Source: an uncultured Candidatus Saccharibacteria bacterium (GTDB lineage: Bacteria > Patescibacteriota > Minisyncoccia > Phycocordibacterales > UBA2100). Taken from it: a DNA stretch of 64,000 nucleotides. Each line of letters begins with the position of its first letter. The first letter of the stretch is position 1. The stretch spans positions 44 through 64,043 of the forward strand of contig CAYIDD010000005.1 in the NCBI GenBank assembly GCA_964362175.1, written 5' to 3'. The notes under the pieces are model-generated. The model was given only the letters and a program-made list of their open reading frames with translations, searched no databases and was not told where the DNA came from. Shown one piece after another: positions 37,975-48,275 of the stretch. The position numbers were made by a program, and so were the translations under genes.

Positions 37975-38190
37975 CTAAATTCCCTGAGCGTCGAGAAAGT
38001 CAGGCTTAGCATTATCTTGCTGCTGCTCGTAAGACTTTTCTTCCAAGTGAGCGCAAAGACTCGGATTGCGCGAACAATCTATCACAGTTGGTTTCGCTCT
38101 ATTGCTAGGGTCTTCCAGCAAACCCCCGAAGGTAAACCACAGAATAAAGAGCCCGAAGAGTACGCCTGCTATGAGTTTCAAATTCTCCAT
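37975..38190 (-). CDS. small secreted protein with signal peptide and two Cys
   Basis: 71 aa. MENLKLIAGVLFGLFILWFTFGG signal. Immediately downstream of structured repeat copy B. Confidence 0.45.
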   Translation of the reverse strand: MENLKLIAGVLFGLFILWFTFGGLLEDPSNRAKPTVIDCSRNPSLCAHLEEKSYEQQQDNAKPDFLDAQGI

Positions 38191-38207
38191 AAAAAAACGC
38201 TAGCTAA

Positions 38208-38397
38208 TAATGCTAGCGGGAGTGCAACACTAAACCCCGCGCCAGCTAAGCCTTGCGGCCCCACACCCCTTTCGGGATATGGCTCATGGAAGAGTCGCTG
38301 AACGCGGGGTTCAGTACCTTCCATGAGTCTTTTCGACCATGCCACCAGACGTTGGTGGGTTAGGTCGCGCCCTTACGGGCTGATATTGGGTGTGTAA
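38208..38397. repeat. structured repeat element, copy B (homolog of 4779-4943)
   Basis: Perfect 10-bp stem ctcatggaag (38283-38292) / cttccatgag (38318-38327) encloses ...gctgaacgcggggttcag.... Upstream aaccccgcg is complementary to cgcggggtt. Shares aacactaa(a/g)ccccgcgccagcta, gccttgcggccccacaccc and tattgggtRtgtgtaa blocks with copy A. Confidence 0.6.
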
Positions 38398-38595
38398 AAG
38401 CACTATATCATCACACGGAAAAACACACAGAAAACAGGTGCGTGCAAGGAGGTTTAGGATTATCCAAATGCTTGGATAGAGCCATATAAGGCGTCTGTAG
38501 GTCAAAAAAGGAGGTAGGAGGGGTACGGGGACCAAAACCCTGATTAAAACTACATACCACCGTCCCTCGACAAATTTTATATATATTTTTGTAGG

Positions 38596-38651
38596 TCTTA
38601 ACTTGAAGCCTTAACAGGATATTTAAACGCCATTAACTCAGGCTCTTAAAC
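38596..38651. promoter_or_regulatory. AT-rich region with iteron-like TTAAC-N9-TTAAC repeats upstream of the HTH/recombinase genes of element 2
   Basis: tcTTAACttgaagccTTAACa and atTTAACtcaggctcTTAAAc, about 14 bp apart. Further gcttgacttagagcc nearby. Confidence 0.3.
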
Positions 38652-38892
38652 AAAGCATTCTTTTTGTGCTATATCCTAAAATAGCTTGACTTAGAGCCAT
38701 ATTTTTGATAGGATTAGAGCATAAGATTATTAGCTAATAGGTTCATTTGAAATGGGATGATTTCTCTCGAAAAAACGCGAGAGCTCCTAAATGAAGCATC
38801 ATCTGTACAACTCCAAGATAAAGAAGTTGCGGCATTCCGCGATTCCTGCGCGGCATTAGCTCGTATTTTTGTGGACACGGTTTTAGAAGAAC

Positions 38893-39291
38893 TTGGGAGC
38901 CAACCCAAGGCTAATTAAACACGCAAATATGAGCAAACCAATTACAGGTCTATTCGTTCCAAAAGCAATACTGTTAGATGGTAATTTAGGTTCATCACAA
39001 AAACTGCTTTTTTCGGAGATTCATCACCTTTCTGGAAGTGAAAGAGGATGTTACGCCGGAAATAATCATCTCGGAGAAATGATTGGATTATCTAGCGCAC
39101 AAGTAAGCAGAATTATTTCTGGGTTACGGCGGTCAGGCTATATCCGATGGGAACTCGCTGAAGAAGAAGTGACGCGACGAAGAATGTACTCCACTCTCGA
39201 AAGAGATGACGAGGACGCAGAAGTTAATGATGTAGCAAGGGAATACGCGGATAGGGAGAGGGACTTCGACTTTTCCGATGAGGGGGTATAA
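38893..39291 (+). CDS. small HTH (winged-helix-like) DNA-binding protein with acidic tail (element 2)
   Basis: 132 aa. ...HLGEMIGLSSAQVSRIISGLRRSGYIRWE... looks like helix-turn-helix. Acidic C-terminus DDEDAEVND. Confidence 0.5.
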   Translation: MGANPRLIKHANMSKPITGLFVPKAILLDGNLGSSQKLLFSEIHHLSGSERGCYAGNNHLGEMIGLSSAQVSRIISGLRRSGYIRWELAEEEVTRRRMYSTLERDDEDAEVNDVAREYADRERDFDFSDEGV

Positions 39292-39498
39292 GCAGGACCG
39301 CTCAACGAAGATAATAGTAGAGACAATAGTTAAATAATACTCTCACTACTCCCAGCTTCGCTGGGAACGAACGATAGTTCGTTAGTGGCACTACTAAATC
39401 TTTAGTCTTAACCAACTCGATATTATCTATCCCTGTACAGCTCTACAAACAATGGCCGCGGCTAGGATTATCCAGAAGTGTTATTCTTAAAGTACGTT

Positions 39499-41073
39499 AT
39501 GAAAGCAATCATCTACACTCGTGTCAGCAGCGATGAACAAATCAAAGGCACTTCTCTTGCAGACCAAGAGCGTCGGTGTACTGCCTACTGCGAGGAAAAC
39601 GGATACGAGGTACAGGCTGTGTTTCGCGAGGAAGGCGCGTCAGCAAAAACAGCAGACCGGAAGGAGCTCTTTAGCGCAATGGAGTTCTGTCGTACACACA
39701 AGGGCGAGATAGATTTCTTTGTGGTCTTCAAGCTCGACCGCTTTGCACGGAATGTTTCCGACCACTTCGGCGTCAGGAAAAGTCTCAAAGAGTACGGAGT
39801 TGAGTTGAGGTCTGTGTCGGAGCAATTAGGCGATGAACCGTCTGAGAAGTTTATGGAAGCTGTTATCGCGGCGGCCTCTGAGTACGATAATGGCGTTCGT
39901 ACACAACGAGCCACTAATGGCATGGTGGCAAAGATACGCGAGGGTATATGGCCATGGAAAGCCCCCTTGGGCTATGTTCCCAATCCGAAGCGGGTATTAG
40001 GAGGAAAGAAAAATATGCCTGATGTTCCGGACCCTGCTACTTTCTCGATACTACAAACAGCTTTCAGAGAGTACGCACAGGGTGAACATACTCCAATAAG
40101 TCTTGGACGCAGACTTGATGCGCTTGGATTAGCTGCGATTAGAGGCAAGCAAGCGTCATCTCAGTTCATTCAGCAGTTATTAGTGGAGCGACGCATAAAG
40201 TTTTATGCGGGGAAGCTGATTACAGACCTTAATGGAGAAAATGAGGTGCAGGGCTTACACCAGCCGATGATAACTGAGACCGAATGTGCGAGCATGATTG
40301 GATATATCCATGGCAAGAAAAAGCCAGTTCAACGCCATGCATTAGTTAACCCTAATTTCCCTCTAAAGGGCGGTACAGTCCTTTGTGGCGCATGTACGAA
40401 GCCTCTGACGGGTAGTACAACGCGAGGTCGAAGTGGTTTGCACCCTTACTACCACTGCTACAACAAGCAGTGTGAGATGTACGGAAAGATTACTCAGAAA
40501 GATGTCCTAGAAAACGATTTCCTGACCTTACTAAATAAAGTTGCTCCTTCTGGAAAGTTTATTGCCTATTTCAAGAAAGCCGTGATTGATGAGTGGGAGA
40601 ATCGAGTCGGACAGATAAAGGATGTACACAAGGAATACGAGGAGAGCCGTCGTAAACTTAACGAAAGTCTAGACCGCATAAAACAGCTTCTTGAAGACGG
40701 CACTTACAGCCGCGCAGAGTATCTAGAGCGTAAGCAGAAGATTGAAAACGGATTGATGACAACGGGAATATCTGAGAACGAGTCGCACATTGAACAAATG
40801 GACATTGAGGCATTGCTTACTAAAGCAACAGAGTTCCTTACCTCGTTGGGCGAGCACTGGAAGAAAATGCCACCGACTGTACGGCCAAGATTCCAAAAGC
40901 TGGTCTATCCAGACGGAATTGCTTACTCTCGCGGTATGGGATTTGGAATCGCACGAATGGGGCTTATATTCGAGCTCAGTAAACAATTCGAGCTTGGAAA
41001 TTATGCTTTGGTCCGCCCAGTAGGATTCGAACCTACGACCGTTCGCTTAAGAGGCGACTGCTCTACCAACTGA
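39499..41073 (+). CDS. large serine recombinase (element 2)
   Basis: Start MKAIIYTRVSSDEQ, with the catalytic Ser in the resolvase domain. Zinc ribbon CGACTKPLTG...HCYNKQC. Coiled coil. The last ~65 nt read antisense through tRNA-Lys (tail VGFEPTTVRLRGDCSTN). Confidence 0.85.
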   Translation: MKAIIYTRVSSDEQIKGTSLADQERRCTAYCEENGYEVQAVFREEGASAKTADRKELFSAMEFCRTHKGEIDFFVVFKLDRFARNVSDHFGVRKSLKEYGVELRSVSEQLGDEPSEKFMEAVIAAASEYDNGVRTQRATNGMVAKIREGIWPWKAPLGYVPNPKRVLGGKKNMPDVPDPATFSILQTAFREYAQGEHTPISLGRRLDALGLAAIRGKQASSQFIQQLLVERRIKFYAGKLITDLNGENEVQGLHQPMITETECASMIGYIHGKKKPVQRHALVNPNFPLKGGTVLCGACTKPLTGSTTRGRSGLHPYYHCYNKQCEMYGKITQKDVLENDFLTLLNKVAPSGKFIAYFKKAVIDEWENRVGQIKDVHKEYEESRRKLNESLDRIKQLLEDGTYSRAEYLERKQKIENGLMTTGISENESHIEQMDIEALLTKATEFLTSLGEHWKKMPPTVRPRFQKLVYPDGIAYSRGMGFGIARMGLIFELSKQFELGNYALVRPVGFEPTTVRLRGDCSTN

Positions 41074-41084
41074 GCTATGGGCGG
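41009..41084 (-). tRNA. tRNA-Lys (anticodon CTT), CCA encoded
   Basis: 76 nt. D-arm gctc-agttggtag-agc. Anticodon loop ctCTTaa. T-arm gtagg-ttcgaat-cctac. 3' ACCA present. Confidence 0.8.
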
Positions 41085-41122
41085 TTACGTGGGATTCTAC
41101 AGGAAATAATGCTTTTTTGAAG

Positions 41123-41140
41123 TGCCGGGGGTGGGACTCG
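41123..41140. repeat. 18-nt duplicate of the 3' end of tRNA-Leu(TAA) (identical to 41289-41306)
   Basis: tgccgggggtgggactcg, exact. Separated from the tRNA by a 148-bp insert with hairpins aattcaatcg...cgattgaatt and gcatcgtgc...gcacgatgc. Confidence 0.5.
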
Positions 41141-41288
41141 GTCACAAATAATTCAATCGCCGCCGCGATTGAATTTCCGCGACCCCGGCTCGCGGTCGCG
41201 CGTACTCGCGCGACATCGCTCCGCCTTTCGAGTCCCACACGCATCGTGCGTAGGCACGATGCTCCCCGTCAATCTCACTTCGCTCGCT

Positions 41289-41371
41289 TGCCGGGGGTGG
41301 GACTCGAACCCACAAACCTGTTAAGGTCAAAGATTTTAAGTCTTCTGCGTAAACCATTCCGCCACCCCGGC
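41289..41371 (-). tRNA. tRNA-Leu (anticodon TAA), class II
   Basis: Acceptor gccgggg/ccccggc. Anticodon stem gaaga/tcttt with loop ctTAAaa. Long variable arm. T-arm gtggg-ttcgagt-cccac. Confidence 0.75.
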
Positions 41372-41415
41372 AGGAAAGCTAATCTTAGCTCAATTTATGT
41401 TAGAGTACACGCGTT

Positions 41416-41487
41416 GGCCACGTGGCGAAGGGGTAACGCGGAAGTCTGCAAAACTTTTATGCGCGGGTTCGAGTCCCGCCGTGGCCT
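41416..41487 (+). tRNA. tRNA-Cys (anticodon GCA)
   Basis: Acceptor ggccacg/cgtggcc. Anticodon stem gaagt/acttt with loop ctGCAaa. T-arm gcggg-ttcgagt-cccgc. Confidence 0.75.
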
Positions 41488-41491
41488 CAAT

Positions 41492-41815
41492 TCACTTTCG
41501 TGTTAACTCGTCGATGCGCTGACGGTTCTTCTCGCCGAGGTCTATCTCGAAATCGACGACGGGAATGGGATGTAAGAGGCTGTGCTTTTTGATGTACGCA
41601 CGGAAGTCGGTGCGGCTGCGTTTGGCAAACTTAAGGGCATCCTTTTCCATCGTTACCGGCAGAACGGAGAAATACACCGTGACGTTCTTGAACGTCGGGA
41701 CCACTTCGGCGTGCGTTACCGTGATAAGCGCCCTCACATTGGATTCGCGTGCGAGAAAATCCATCGCAAGGTGCGCGAGCGTCTCCTCCATCTGTGTTTG
41801 TCTGCGAGAAGTCAT
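41492..41815 (-). CDS. rbfA: ribosome-binding factor A
   Basis: 107 aa. LITVTHAEVVPTFKNVTVYFSVL matches the RbfA KH-like motif. Downstream of infB. Confidence 0.8.
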   Translation of the reverse strand: MTSRRQTQMEETLAHLAMDFLARESNVRALITVTHAEVVPTFKNVTVYFSVLPVTMEKDALKFAKRSRTDFRAYIKKHSLLHPIPVVDFEIDLGEKNRQRIDELTRK

Positions 41816-41817
41816 GG

Positions 41818-43332
41818 TTATTTCATCGATGTTCTGAAGCCCTCCAATGTGTCGCCCTGTGTGATCTCGCAGGGGGCGGTGATCTGCGCGCCGAATTCAC
41901 GGTCAGTCTCAATGCGATCTACGTCCTGTTTGTTGGTTTGAATATTTTTTATTTTTCCGATGCCGACCTCGGCATTACGGCGGAGGATCCGCACTGTACC
42001 GCCCCGCTCCAGAAATCCTTCCGAGACTTTGCCGCCAATGACCTGCTCATCCTTGCGGCTGGAGAATTGTTTGAGGACGCGTGCACGGCCAGTCACTTCT
42101 TCGACCAAGCGCTGGGGAGCGGTCTCGTCGAGCAGTTCTTCAAGACGCTCGGTAAGTTTGTAAATGATAGTGAATGTCTCGATGCGAATGCCGTGTTGGA
42201 GCGCGAGAGCTGTCGCGATCGCGTCGGTGCCGACATTGAATCCGATCACGACAGCCGGTACGTCGCTCGCGATAGCTGCCCTCACATCGTTTTCCGAGAT
42301 CGCGCCGATACCGGATTGGACGACCTGTACTTGCTTGTGCTCGTCGCCTAATTTTGAGATCTCCTGCACGATGGCTTCCAGCGAGCCCGAGGCATCTGCG
42401 CGAATGATGACTGGCATCGCAAAGGTCTCCCCCTCCTCTCCCTGGGCGGGGATCGTTTGGGCCGGTTGTTTGTTGCCTGCCGCGAGGGGGGCGGGACGAG
42501 CTGTCTCAGCCTCTTTTTTGTTTTTGTAGGCATGAAACTCCTCACCGACTTCGGGCAGCATATCAAAGCCGATAAGTTGGACGGGAGTCGAGAAACTGGC
42601 AGTTGAAAGCGTCTTGCCCGCGTGACTTTCCATGATACGCACGGGTGCAAGTGCGTGTCCCGCCAAAACCGCCATGCCGGAGCGTAGGGTGCCATCGGTA
42701 ATGATGAGGGTTGCCGCAAGCCCGCGCTTTTGATCGCGGTGCGCTTCTATCACGTACCCTTTTGCGGGGGCGGAGGGGTTTCCGGTGAACACCTCAATTT
42801 CTGCGACGAGCAAGATGAGGTCGAGAAGTTCTTCCACGCCTTCACCGGTCTTTGCGGAAATCGCCGCCCATGGGACGTCGCCTCCATATTTTTCAAGAAA
42901 CACATTTTGATCGAGAAGTGTTCGTATAGTGCGCTCTTGGTCGGCGCTCTGCTTGTCGATCTTATTGATGGCAACAATAAAGGGGGTCCCCGCATCGCGA
43001 ATACTTTTAAGTGCCTCAAGCGTTTGTGCCTTTACGCCGTCATCGGCGGCAACGACAAGAATGGCAATATCGGCCGCCGTGGCGCCGCGGGCGCGGATGG
43101 CGCTGAATGCGGCGTGTCCGGGCGTATCAATAAAGGTAATGCGTTTCAGGATCCCTTCCTTTTCGCGCTCCACTTCATACGCCGCCACATGCTGCGTTAT
43201 ACCTCCCGCCTCTTTCGCGACGGTATTTGATTTTCGTATGAAATCGAGAAGGGTGGATTTGCCGTGATCAACGTGCCCCAAAACTGCCACAATAGGCGGT
43301 CGCTCCATTTGCTGTGAGGTTGCTTCTTTCAT
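41818..43332 (-). CDS. infB: translation initiation factor IF-2 (short form)
   Basis: 504 aa. [15 protein letters not shown]1 motif. DTPGH G3 motif. NKID G4 motif. Confidence 0.9.
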   Translation of the reverse strand: MKEATSQQMERPPIVAVLGHVDHGKSTLLDFIRKSNTVAKEAGGITQHVAAYEVEREKEGILKRITFIDTPGHAAFSAIRARGATAADIAILVVAADDGVKAQTLEALKSIRDAGTPFIVAINKIDKQSADQERTIRTLLDQNVFLEKYGGDVPWAAISAKTGEGVEELLDLILLVAEIEVFTGNPSAPAKGYVIEAHRDQKRGLAATLIITDGTLRSGMAVLAGHALAPVRIMESHAGKTLSTASFSTPVQLIGFDMLPEVGEEFHAYKNKKEAETARPAPLAAGNKQPAQTIPAQGEEGETFAMPVIIRADASGSLEAIVQEISKLGDEHKQVQVVQSGIGAISENDVRAAIASDVPAVVIGFNVGTDAIATALALQHGIRIETFTIIYKLTERLEELLDETAPQRLVEEVTGRARVLKQFSSRKDEQVIGGKVSEGFLERGGTVRILRRNAEVGIGKIKNIQTNKQDVDRIETDREFGAQITAPCEITQGDTLEGFRTSMK

Positions 43333-43435
43333 ACGGGTTGGTCATAGGTACCGGTGAGGGAAACGAGTGAATATCGGCGTGAGTATACGATGTAAATACC
43401 GGTTTGTAAAAGGACGCGTTCGCGTACACAATGGG

Positions 43436-44629
43436 CGAATGTTTGGTTTTGGACGCGCGAAGCGGATATATCTTGACCATGCGAGCGCTACATCGGTATT
43501 GCCCGCTGCGAGAGATGCGGTATACCGGGCGATGGATACGTACGCAAATCCGGGCGGCATTCATGCCGACAGTGTTGCCGCAAAGCGCTTGCTCGAAAAC
43601 TCGCGCGAGCGCATCGCAGCACATCTCGGATGCAAGGCGCGGGAAGTTATTTTCACATCCGGACTTACCGAGGCGAACAATGCGGGAATAGTAGGCACCG
43701 CGCGCGCCTTAGAGCGTATGCGGCGCGGACTCTCCGGCACGCATTGGATCGTGAGCTCCATCGAGCATGCATCGGTGTTGGAGTGCTTTTCTGAGATTGA
43801 ACGGATGGGCGGGAGTGTTACCTATGTCGATCCGGAGCCGAGCGGAATTATCACCGCAAAAAGAGTTGCCGATACCCTTCGTCCTGAAACGGTTTGTGTG
43901 TCGGTCGGATGGGGGAACAATGAGATTGGAACCATCCAACCGCTTGCAGAAATCGCGCGCGCTATTCGCGATCATGAGAGGAAGCATACATCGACGATCA
44001 TTTTTCACTCCGACGCAGGCCAGGCTCCGCTCTACCGCTCGCCGCAGGTGCACACGCTCGGTGTCGACATGCTTGCGCTCGGTTCGGGCAAGCTCTATGG
44101 GCCACGCGGCATCGGCGTTCTCCACGTTGGCAATCGCGTGCAGCTCGCACCGGTTATTTTTGGCGGGGGGCAGGAGCGTGGATTGCGTAGCGGAACGGAA
44201 GATCCGGCGCTCGCCAGTGGTTTCGCCGAAGCGCTGGATATTATTACCCGCGAGCGCGAATCGGAGTGCGGGCGTTTGCGGGAATTGCGCGACAATTTCG
44301 CGCGCGAAATTGTCGCGCGCATCCCACGAGCCGTCATCAATGGCGATATGCGCCATACACTTCCGCACATGCTCAATATTTCCATTCCCGGAGAAAAAAG
44401 TGGCGAGTATCTTGTCCTTCAACTCGACCACGCGGGGGTCGCGCTCTCCACCAAGAGCGCCTGCAATGAGGGAGAGAGAGCATCGCATGTGGTGAAGGCA
44501 CTTGGAGAGAGTCCGCCGGCCAGCGGATGGCGCGCAGAAAACACCCTTCGCTTTTCACTCGGCCGCAGGACGACCGCGCGAGAGCTCTCGCGGGTGGTCG
44601 AGGTGCTCACGCAGCTTATTAAGGCTTGA
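43436..44629 (+). CDS. cysteine desulfurase (class V aminotransferase, IscS/NifS family)
   Basis: IYLDHASAT N-terminus. PLP-Lys region SGHKLYGPRG-like (GSGKLYGPRGIGVLH). Confidence 0.85.
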   Translation, partial: RMFGFGRAKRIYLDHASATSVLPAARDAVYRAMDTYANPGGIHADSVAAKRLLENSRERIAAHLGCKAREVIFTSGLTEANNAGIVGTARALERMRRGLSGTHWIVSSIEHASVLECFSEIERMGGSVTYVDPEPSGIITAKRVADTLRPETVCVSVGWGNNEIGTIQPLAEIARAIRDHERKHTSTIIFHSDAGQAPLYRSPQVHTLGVDMLALGSGKLYGPRGIGVLHVGNRVQLAPVIFGGGQERGLRSGTEDPALASGFAEALDIITRERESECGRLRELRDNFAREIVARIPRAVINGDMRHTLPHMLNISIPGEKSGEYLVLQLDHAGVALSTKSACNEGERASHVVKALGESPPASGWRAENTLRFSLGRRTTARELSRVVEVLTQLIKA

Positions 44630-44659
44630 TTTTCCCGCATTTATCGATACGATGCGCTT

Positions 44660-45487
44660 ATGGACATGGAAGAACTGTCAAAATCACAAATCGTTCTCCT
44701 GACACTCCTCACCTCCTTCGTCACATCGATCGCAACGGGCATCGTTACGGTCTCTCTCATGGATCAGGCACCGCCTGCGATCGCCCAAACGGTCAATCGC
44801 ATCATTGAGCGAACGGTGGAAAAAGTCGTGCCCTCCGGTCAGACCGCAGCGACCGTCGTGACTCAGGAGAAGACGATCATCGTAAAAGAATCAGAACTCA
44901 TCTCAAAAGCGCTCGAGCGCGTCAATCCTTCCATCGTGCGTCTCTACAGCAACAACGAAGTGAATCCCATCTTCTTGGGGCTTGGCGTTGTGGTGGATGG
45001 TTCAGGGACAGTCGCTGGCGATAGTGCGGTCATGGGCGGGGCGACAAGCGCCATGGCCGAGCTCGCCGACAAATCACGCGTACGCGCCTTTATTTCTTCG
45101 GCCGATGCTACTACGGGCTTGGTGTATTTTGCGATGGCGACGACAACGGTGGACGGAAAACCCGTCGTATGGACTCCCGTATCGGTCGCCGCCGGACAGC
45201 CCATTTTGGGTGAAACGGTCGTTGCGCTTGCGGGGAAATCGGTTGCGCGCATTGGCGCGGGTCTCGTGACGACGCTCACTGCTTCGGGAGGAGAGGGCAG
45301 CTTTCATGTTATTGAGACCGACATAACCCCCGACTCCATCATTGCGGGTTCTCCTCTCATTAATACCGACGGAAGTTTGCTCGGGATTCACACAAGCGTC
45401 GCACGAGCAGTGTCTGCCGGAGGTTTTATTCCCACGACTGTCCTTATGAAAGGGGAAAAGAAAGCGGAGGGCACGAAACTCCAATGA
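44660..45487 (+). CDS. membrane-anchored trypsin-like (S1/HtrA-type) peptidase domain protein, possibly degenerate
   Basis: N-terminal TM. C-terminal ...IETDITPDSIIAGSPLINTDGSLLGIHTS... resembles the catalytic Ser region (GxSGGPL), here AGSPL. Confidence 0.45.
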   Translation: MDMEELSKSQIVLLTLLTSFVTSIATGIVTVSLMDQAPPAIAQTVNRIIERTVEKVVPSGQTAATVVTQEKTIIVKESELISKALERVNPSIVRLYSNNEVNPIFLGLGVVVDGSGTVAGDSAVMGGATSAMAELADKSRVRAFISSADATTGLVYFAMATTTVDGKPVVWTPVSVAAGQPILGETVVALAGKSVARIGAGLVTTLTASGGEGSFHVIETDITPDSIIAGSPLINTDGSLLGIHTSVARAVSAGGFIPTTVLMKGEKKAEGTKLQ

Positions 45488-45553
45488 TAACAAAATTGTT
45501 CGCGTTTTTTCCGCATTTGTGCTACAATGCTCCAAGTATTCGTCATACATCGT

Positions 45554-48265
45554 ATGGCCCCATTCAATAATTACACAACCAAGGCAAAAGAGGCGATTCA
45601 CCGCTCCCATCAGCTTGCTGTTGAGCGCGGGCACAATCAGGTATCCACGCTGCATTTGTTCGCGGCACTCCTCATGCAAGAAGAGACAATGGTCGTGCCG
45701 ATGCTCGAACAAGTGGAGATCGACATCACTCATCTCAGCGACTCCGTGCTGGAGCTGATAGAAGGCACGAGTGGCAACACCGCAGTCTCCCCTTCATTCC
45801 AGCTCTACCTCACGCCGGAGTTGGTACGGGTCTTTGAGGCGGCTCCGCGTATCGCGGCGTCATTTAATGATCAGTTCGTTTCACCCGAACACCTTCTCCT
45901 CGGCATCGCAGAGCATCCGGGGCCGGCGGCCGATCTGCTCACGCGTTTTCGTATCGACAGAACGGCGCTCGCGCGCGTACTTACCGACATCAAGGAGGGA
46001 AAGATACGCGACACCGAGACGTCCGCAAAGCCGCGTGCCCTGACCCGCTTTGCTCGCTCACTCACCGACCGCGCGCGCGAGAACAAACTCGATCCCGTCA
46101 TCGGTCGTGACACCGAAATTATACGCGTCATCCAGATCCTTTCCCGCCGCACAAAAAACAATCCCATTCTCATTGGTGAGGCGGGAGTGGGGAAGACCGC
46201 TGTTGCGGAAGGCCTGGCGCAACGCATCGCCTCCGGAGATGTGCCGGAATCGCTGCGGGATAAGGAGTTGATACAGCTCGACTTGGGGCTTTTGATCGCC
46301 GGCACCAAATACCGCGGTGAATTTGAAGAACGTCTCAAGGCTGTGATGAAGGAAGTGGAGCGCTCGGAAGGCAAGATCATTCTTTTCATCGATGAAATTC
46401 ATACACTTGTGGGAGCCGGTGCCGCCGAGGGCTCGATGGATGCCTCAAACATGCTAAAGCCCGCGCTCGCGCGCGGGGAGATCCGTGTCGTCGGCGCGAC
46501 GACCCTCAAAGAGTACCAAAAGCACATTGAGCACGATGCAGCACTCACGCGTCGCTTCCAGCCGGTCTACGTGAACGAGCCGACCATCGATGATGCGATA
46601 GCGATCCTCCGCGGCCTCAAAGAGCGCTATGAGCTCTATCACGGCGTACACATCACCGACGACGCCATGGTGTCTGCGGTCCAGCTTTCAGCGCGGTACA
46701 TCACGGAGCGATTTTTGCCGGACAAGGCGATCGACCTCATTGATGAGGCGTCATCAGCCCTGCGCCTCTCACTTGAAAATAAACCGCCGATCCTCGAAGA
46801 AGCGCATCGCAAGGTGACGCGACTCGAAATAGAGCGCGAGGCGCTGAAAAAAGAGGCTGAAGAGGGCGAAGGCAAAGCACGAACGCGCGTGAAATCTATT
46901 GAAAAAGAGATCGCCGATCTTCGCGATTCGACCCGTGAGCTCGAAATGAAGTGGAAAAATGAGAAAGAAACGCTCGCTGAGATCAAACGTGCGAAAGGCG
47001 AGCTCGAACAGGCACGTCTCAATGCGGACGCCGCTGAGTCCGCGGGTGATTTCACCAAGACCGCAGAAATACGGTATGGCAGAATCCCGCTTTTGGAAAA
47101 AGAGATCGAGACCGCGACCAAGCGCCTGAAGAAACTGCAGCAGACGCGTCGTGTTTTGAAAGAAGAGATCACAGAAGAGGATATTGCGGCCGTTGTCTCG
47201 CGGTGGACGGGCGTACCCGTTTCCCGCATGCTTGAGGAGGAGGCCGAAAAACTCTCGCGCATGGAGGGCGATCTTAAAAAGCGTATCGTGGGTCAGGACG
47301 AAGCTGTGCAAAAGGTTTCCGATGCCATTAAGAGGAGCCGCGCAGGGATCGCAGATCCAAACCGCCCTGTCGGCTCATTCCTCTTCTTGGGCCCGACGGG
47401 CGTAGGCAAGACGGAGCTCACTCGATCCCTCGCAGAATTTCTCTTCAACAGCGAAAAGTCTTTGATCCGCGTAGACATGTCGGAATACATGGAGAAGCAC
47501 TCAGTCTCCAAGATGATCGGCTCTCCTCCCGGGTATGTCGGCTATGACGAGGGCGGGGGACTCACCGAGCTGGTGCGCCATCGGCCGTATTCCGTCATCC
47601 TTTTCGATGAGATCGAAAAAGCCCATCCGGAGGTATTCAACATTTTGCTGCAGGTCCTCGACAACGGACGTCTGACCGATGCCAAGGGCCGCACGGTCAA
47701 TTTCAAGAACTGCGTCATCATCATGACCTCCAACATCGGTTCCGAGCACATCGACAAGATGTCGGGCTTGGGCTTCGGCAGCGGCCTTTCCAAGACCGAG
47801 GGGGAGCGCTATGAGCATGTGAAGGAGAAAGTGACGAGCTCTCTCAAAGAGTTTTTCCGCCCCGAATTCTTGAACCGTCTCGATGAGATCATCCTCTTCA
47901 ACATTCTCTCGACAGAAGCGATCAAGGAGATCGTTCGCATGCAGGTGGATATCGTGGCAAAGCGTCTGGAGGAAAAACATATTTCACTCACGCTCTCGGA
48001 TGCGGCTTTGGCCCACTTGGCAAAGGAGGGGTACAGTCCGCACTACGGTGCCCGCCCGCTCAAAAGATTGATACAGACAAAGATACTGACACCCGTCGCC
48101 AACATGATGGTCGCACGAGGAGTGCTTGAGGGTGGCTCCGTGGCGGTGGACTTTAAGACAGACGGTGGCGCTGATGGTAAGGGTGATTTCTCGTTCGACG
48201 TGCGCAGGGGTCCCGAACGTCATCGCTCCGTCCGCTCTCGCGCAAAGAGCTCAGTTGGTGCATAA
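45554..48265 (+). CDS. clpB: ATP-dependent chaperone ClpB
   Basis: Two AAA+ modules ([15 protein letters not shown]; [15 protein letters not shown]) and a long coiled-coil M-domain between them. Clp N-domain repeats. Confidence 0.9.
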   Translation: MAPFNNYTTKAKEAIHRSHQLAVERGHNQVSTLHLFAALLMQEETMVVPMLEQVEIDITHLSDSVLELIEGTSGNTAVSPSFQLYLTPELVRVFEAAPRIAASFNDQFVSPEHLLLGIAEHPGPAADLLTRFRIDRTALARVLTDIKEGKIRDTETSAKPRALTRFARSLTDRARENKLDPVIGRDTEIIRVIQILSRRTKNNPILIGEAGVGKTAVAEGLAQRIASGDVPESLRDKELIQLDLGLLIAGTKYRGEFEERLKAVMKEVERSEGKIILFIDEIHTLVGAGAAEGSMDASNMLKPALARGEIRVVGATTLKEYQKHIEHDAALTRRFQPVYVNEPTIDDAIAILRGLKERYELYHGVHITDDAMVSAVQLSARYITERFLPDKAIDLIDEASSALRLSLENKPPILEEAHRKVTRLEIEREALKKEAEEGEGKARTRVKSIEKEIADLRDSTRELEMKWKNEKETLAEIKRAKGELEQARLNADAAESAGDFTKTAEIRYGRIPLLEKEIETATKRLKKLQQTRRVLKEEITEEDIAAVVSRWTGVPVSRMLEEEAEKLSRMEGDLKKRIVGQDEAVQKVSDAIKRSRAGIADPNRPVGSFLFLGPTGVGKTELTRSLAEFLFNSEKSLIRVDMSEYMEKHSVSKMIGSPPGYVGYDEGGGLTELVRHRPYSVILFDEIEKAHPEVFNILLQVLDNGRLTDAKGRTVNFKNCVIIMTSNIGSEHIDKMSGLGFGSGLSKTEGERYEHVKEKVTSSLKEFFRPEFLNRLDEIILFNILSTEAIKEIVRMQVDIVAKRLEEKHISLTLSDAALAHLAKEGYSPHYGARPLKRLIQTKILTPVANMMVARGVLEGGSVAVDFKTDGGADGKGDFSFDVRRGPERHRSVRSRAKSSVGA

Positions 48266-48275
48266 TATCCCCACT

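Larger units (their letters stand above)
33804..41017. mobile_element. putative integrated element 2 (~7.2 kb) at tRNA-Lys: serine recombinase, HTH protein, Hachiman-like cassette, small membrane/secreted proteins, structured repeat copy B
   Basis: Flanked by 59-bp direct repeats. Markedly lower GC than flanks. The recombinase gene abuts and reads antisense through tRNA-Lys. Confidence 0.55.

Noticed and set aside
43709-44495. 259-aa (-) and 242-aa (+, alternate frame) ORFs
   Set aside because: They overlap the cysteine desulfurase gene, whose frame carries the PLP-enzyme motifs. The alternatives are low-complexity.
46639-47311. 207-aa and 180-aa ORFs on the - strand
   Set aside because: Both are antisense to the clpB M-domain region. 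Ser/Arg-rich repeats mirror the Glu/Lys-rich coiled coil. Shadow ORFs.
48241-48275. tRNA-like 5' fragment (agagctcagttggtgcat) at the 3' end of clpB
   Set aside because: It resembles only a D-arm. No anticodon or T-arm follows before the genuine tRNA-Tyr, and it lies inside the clpB coding end. Noted only as a possible relic.
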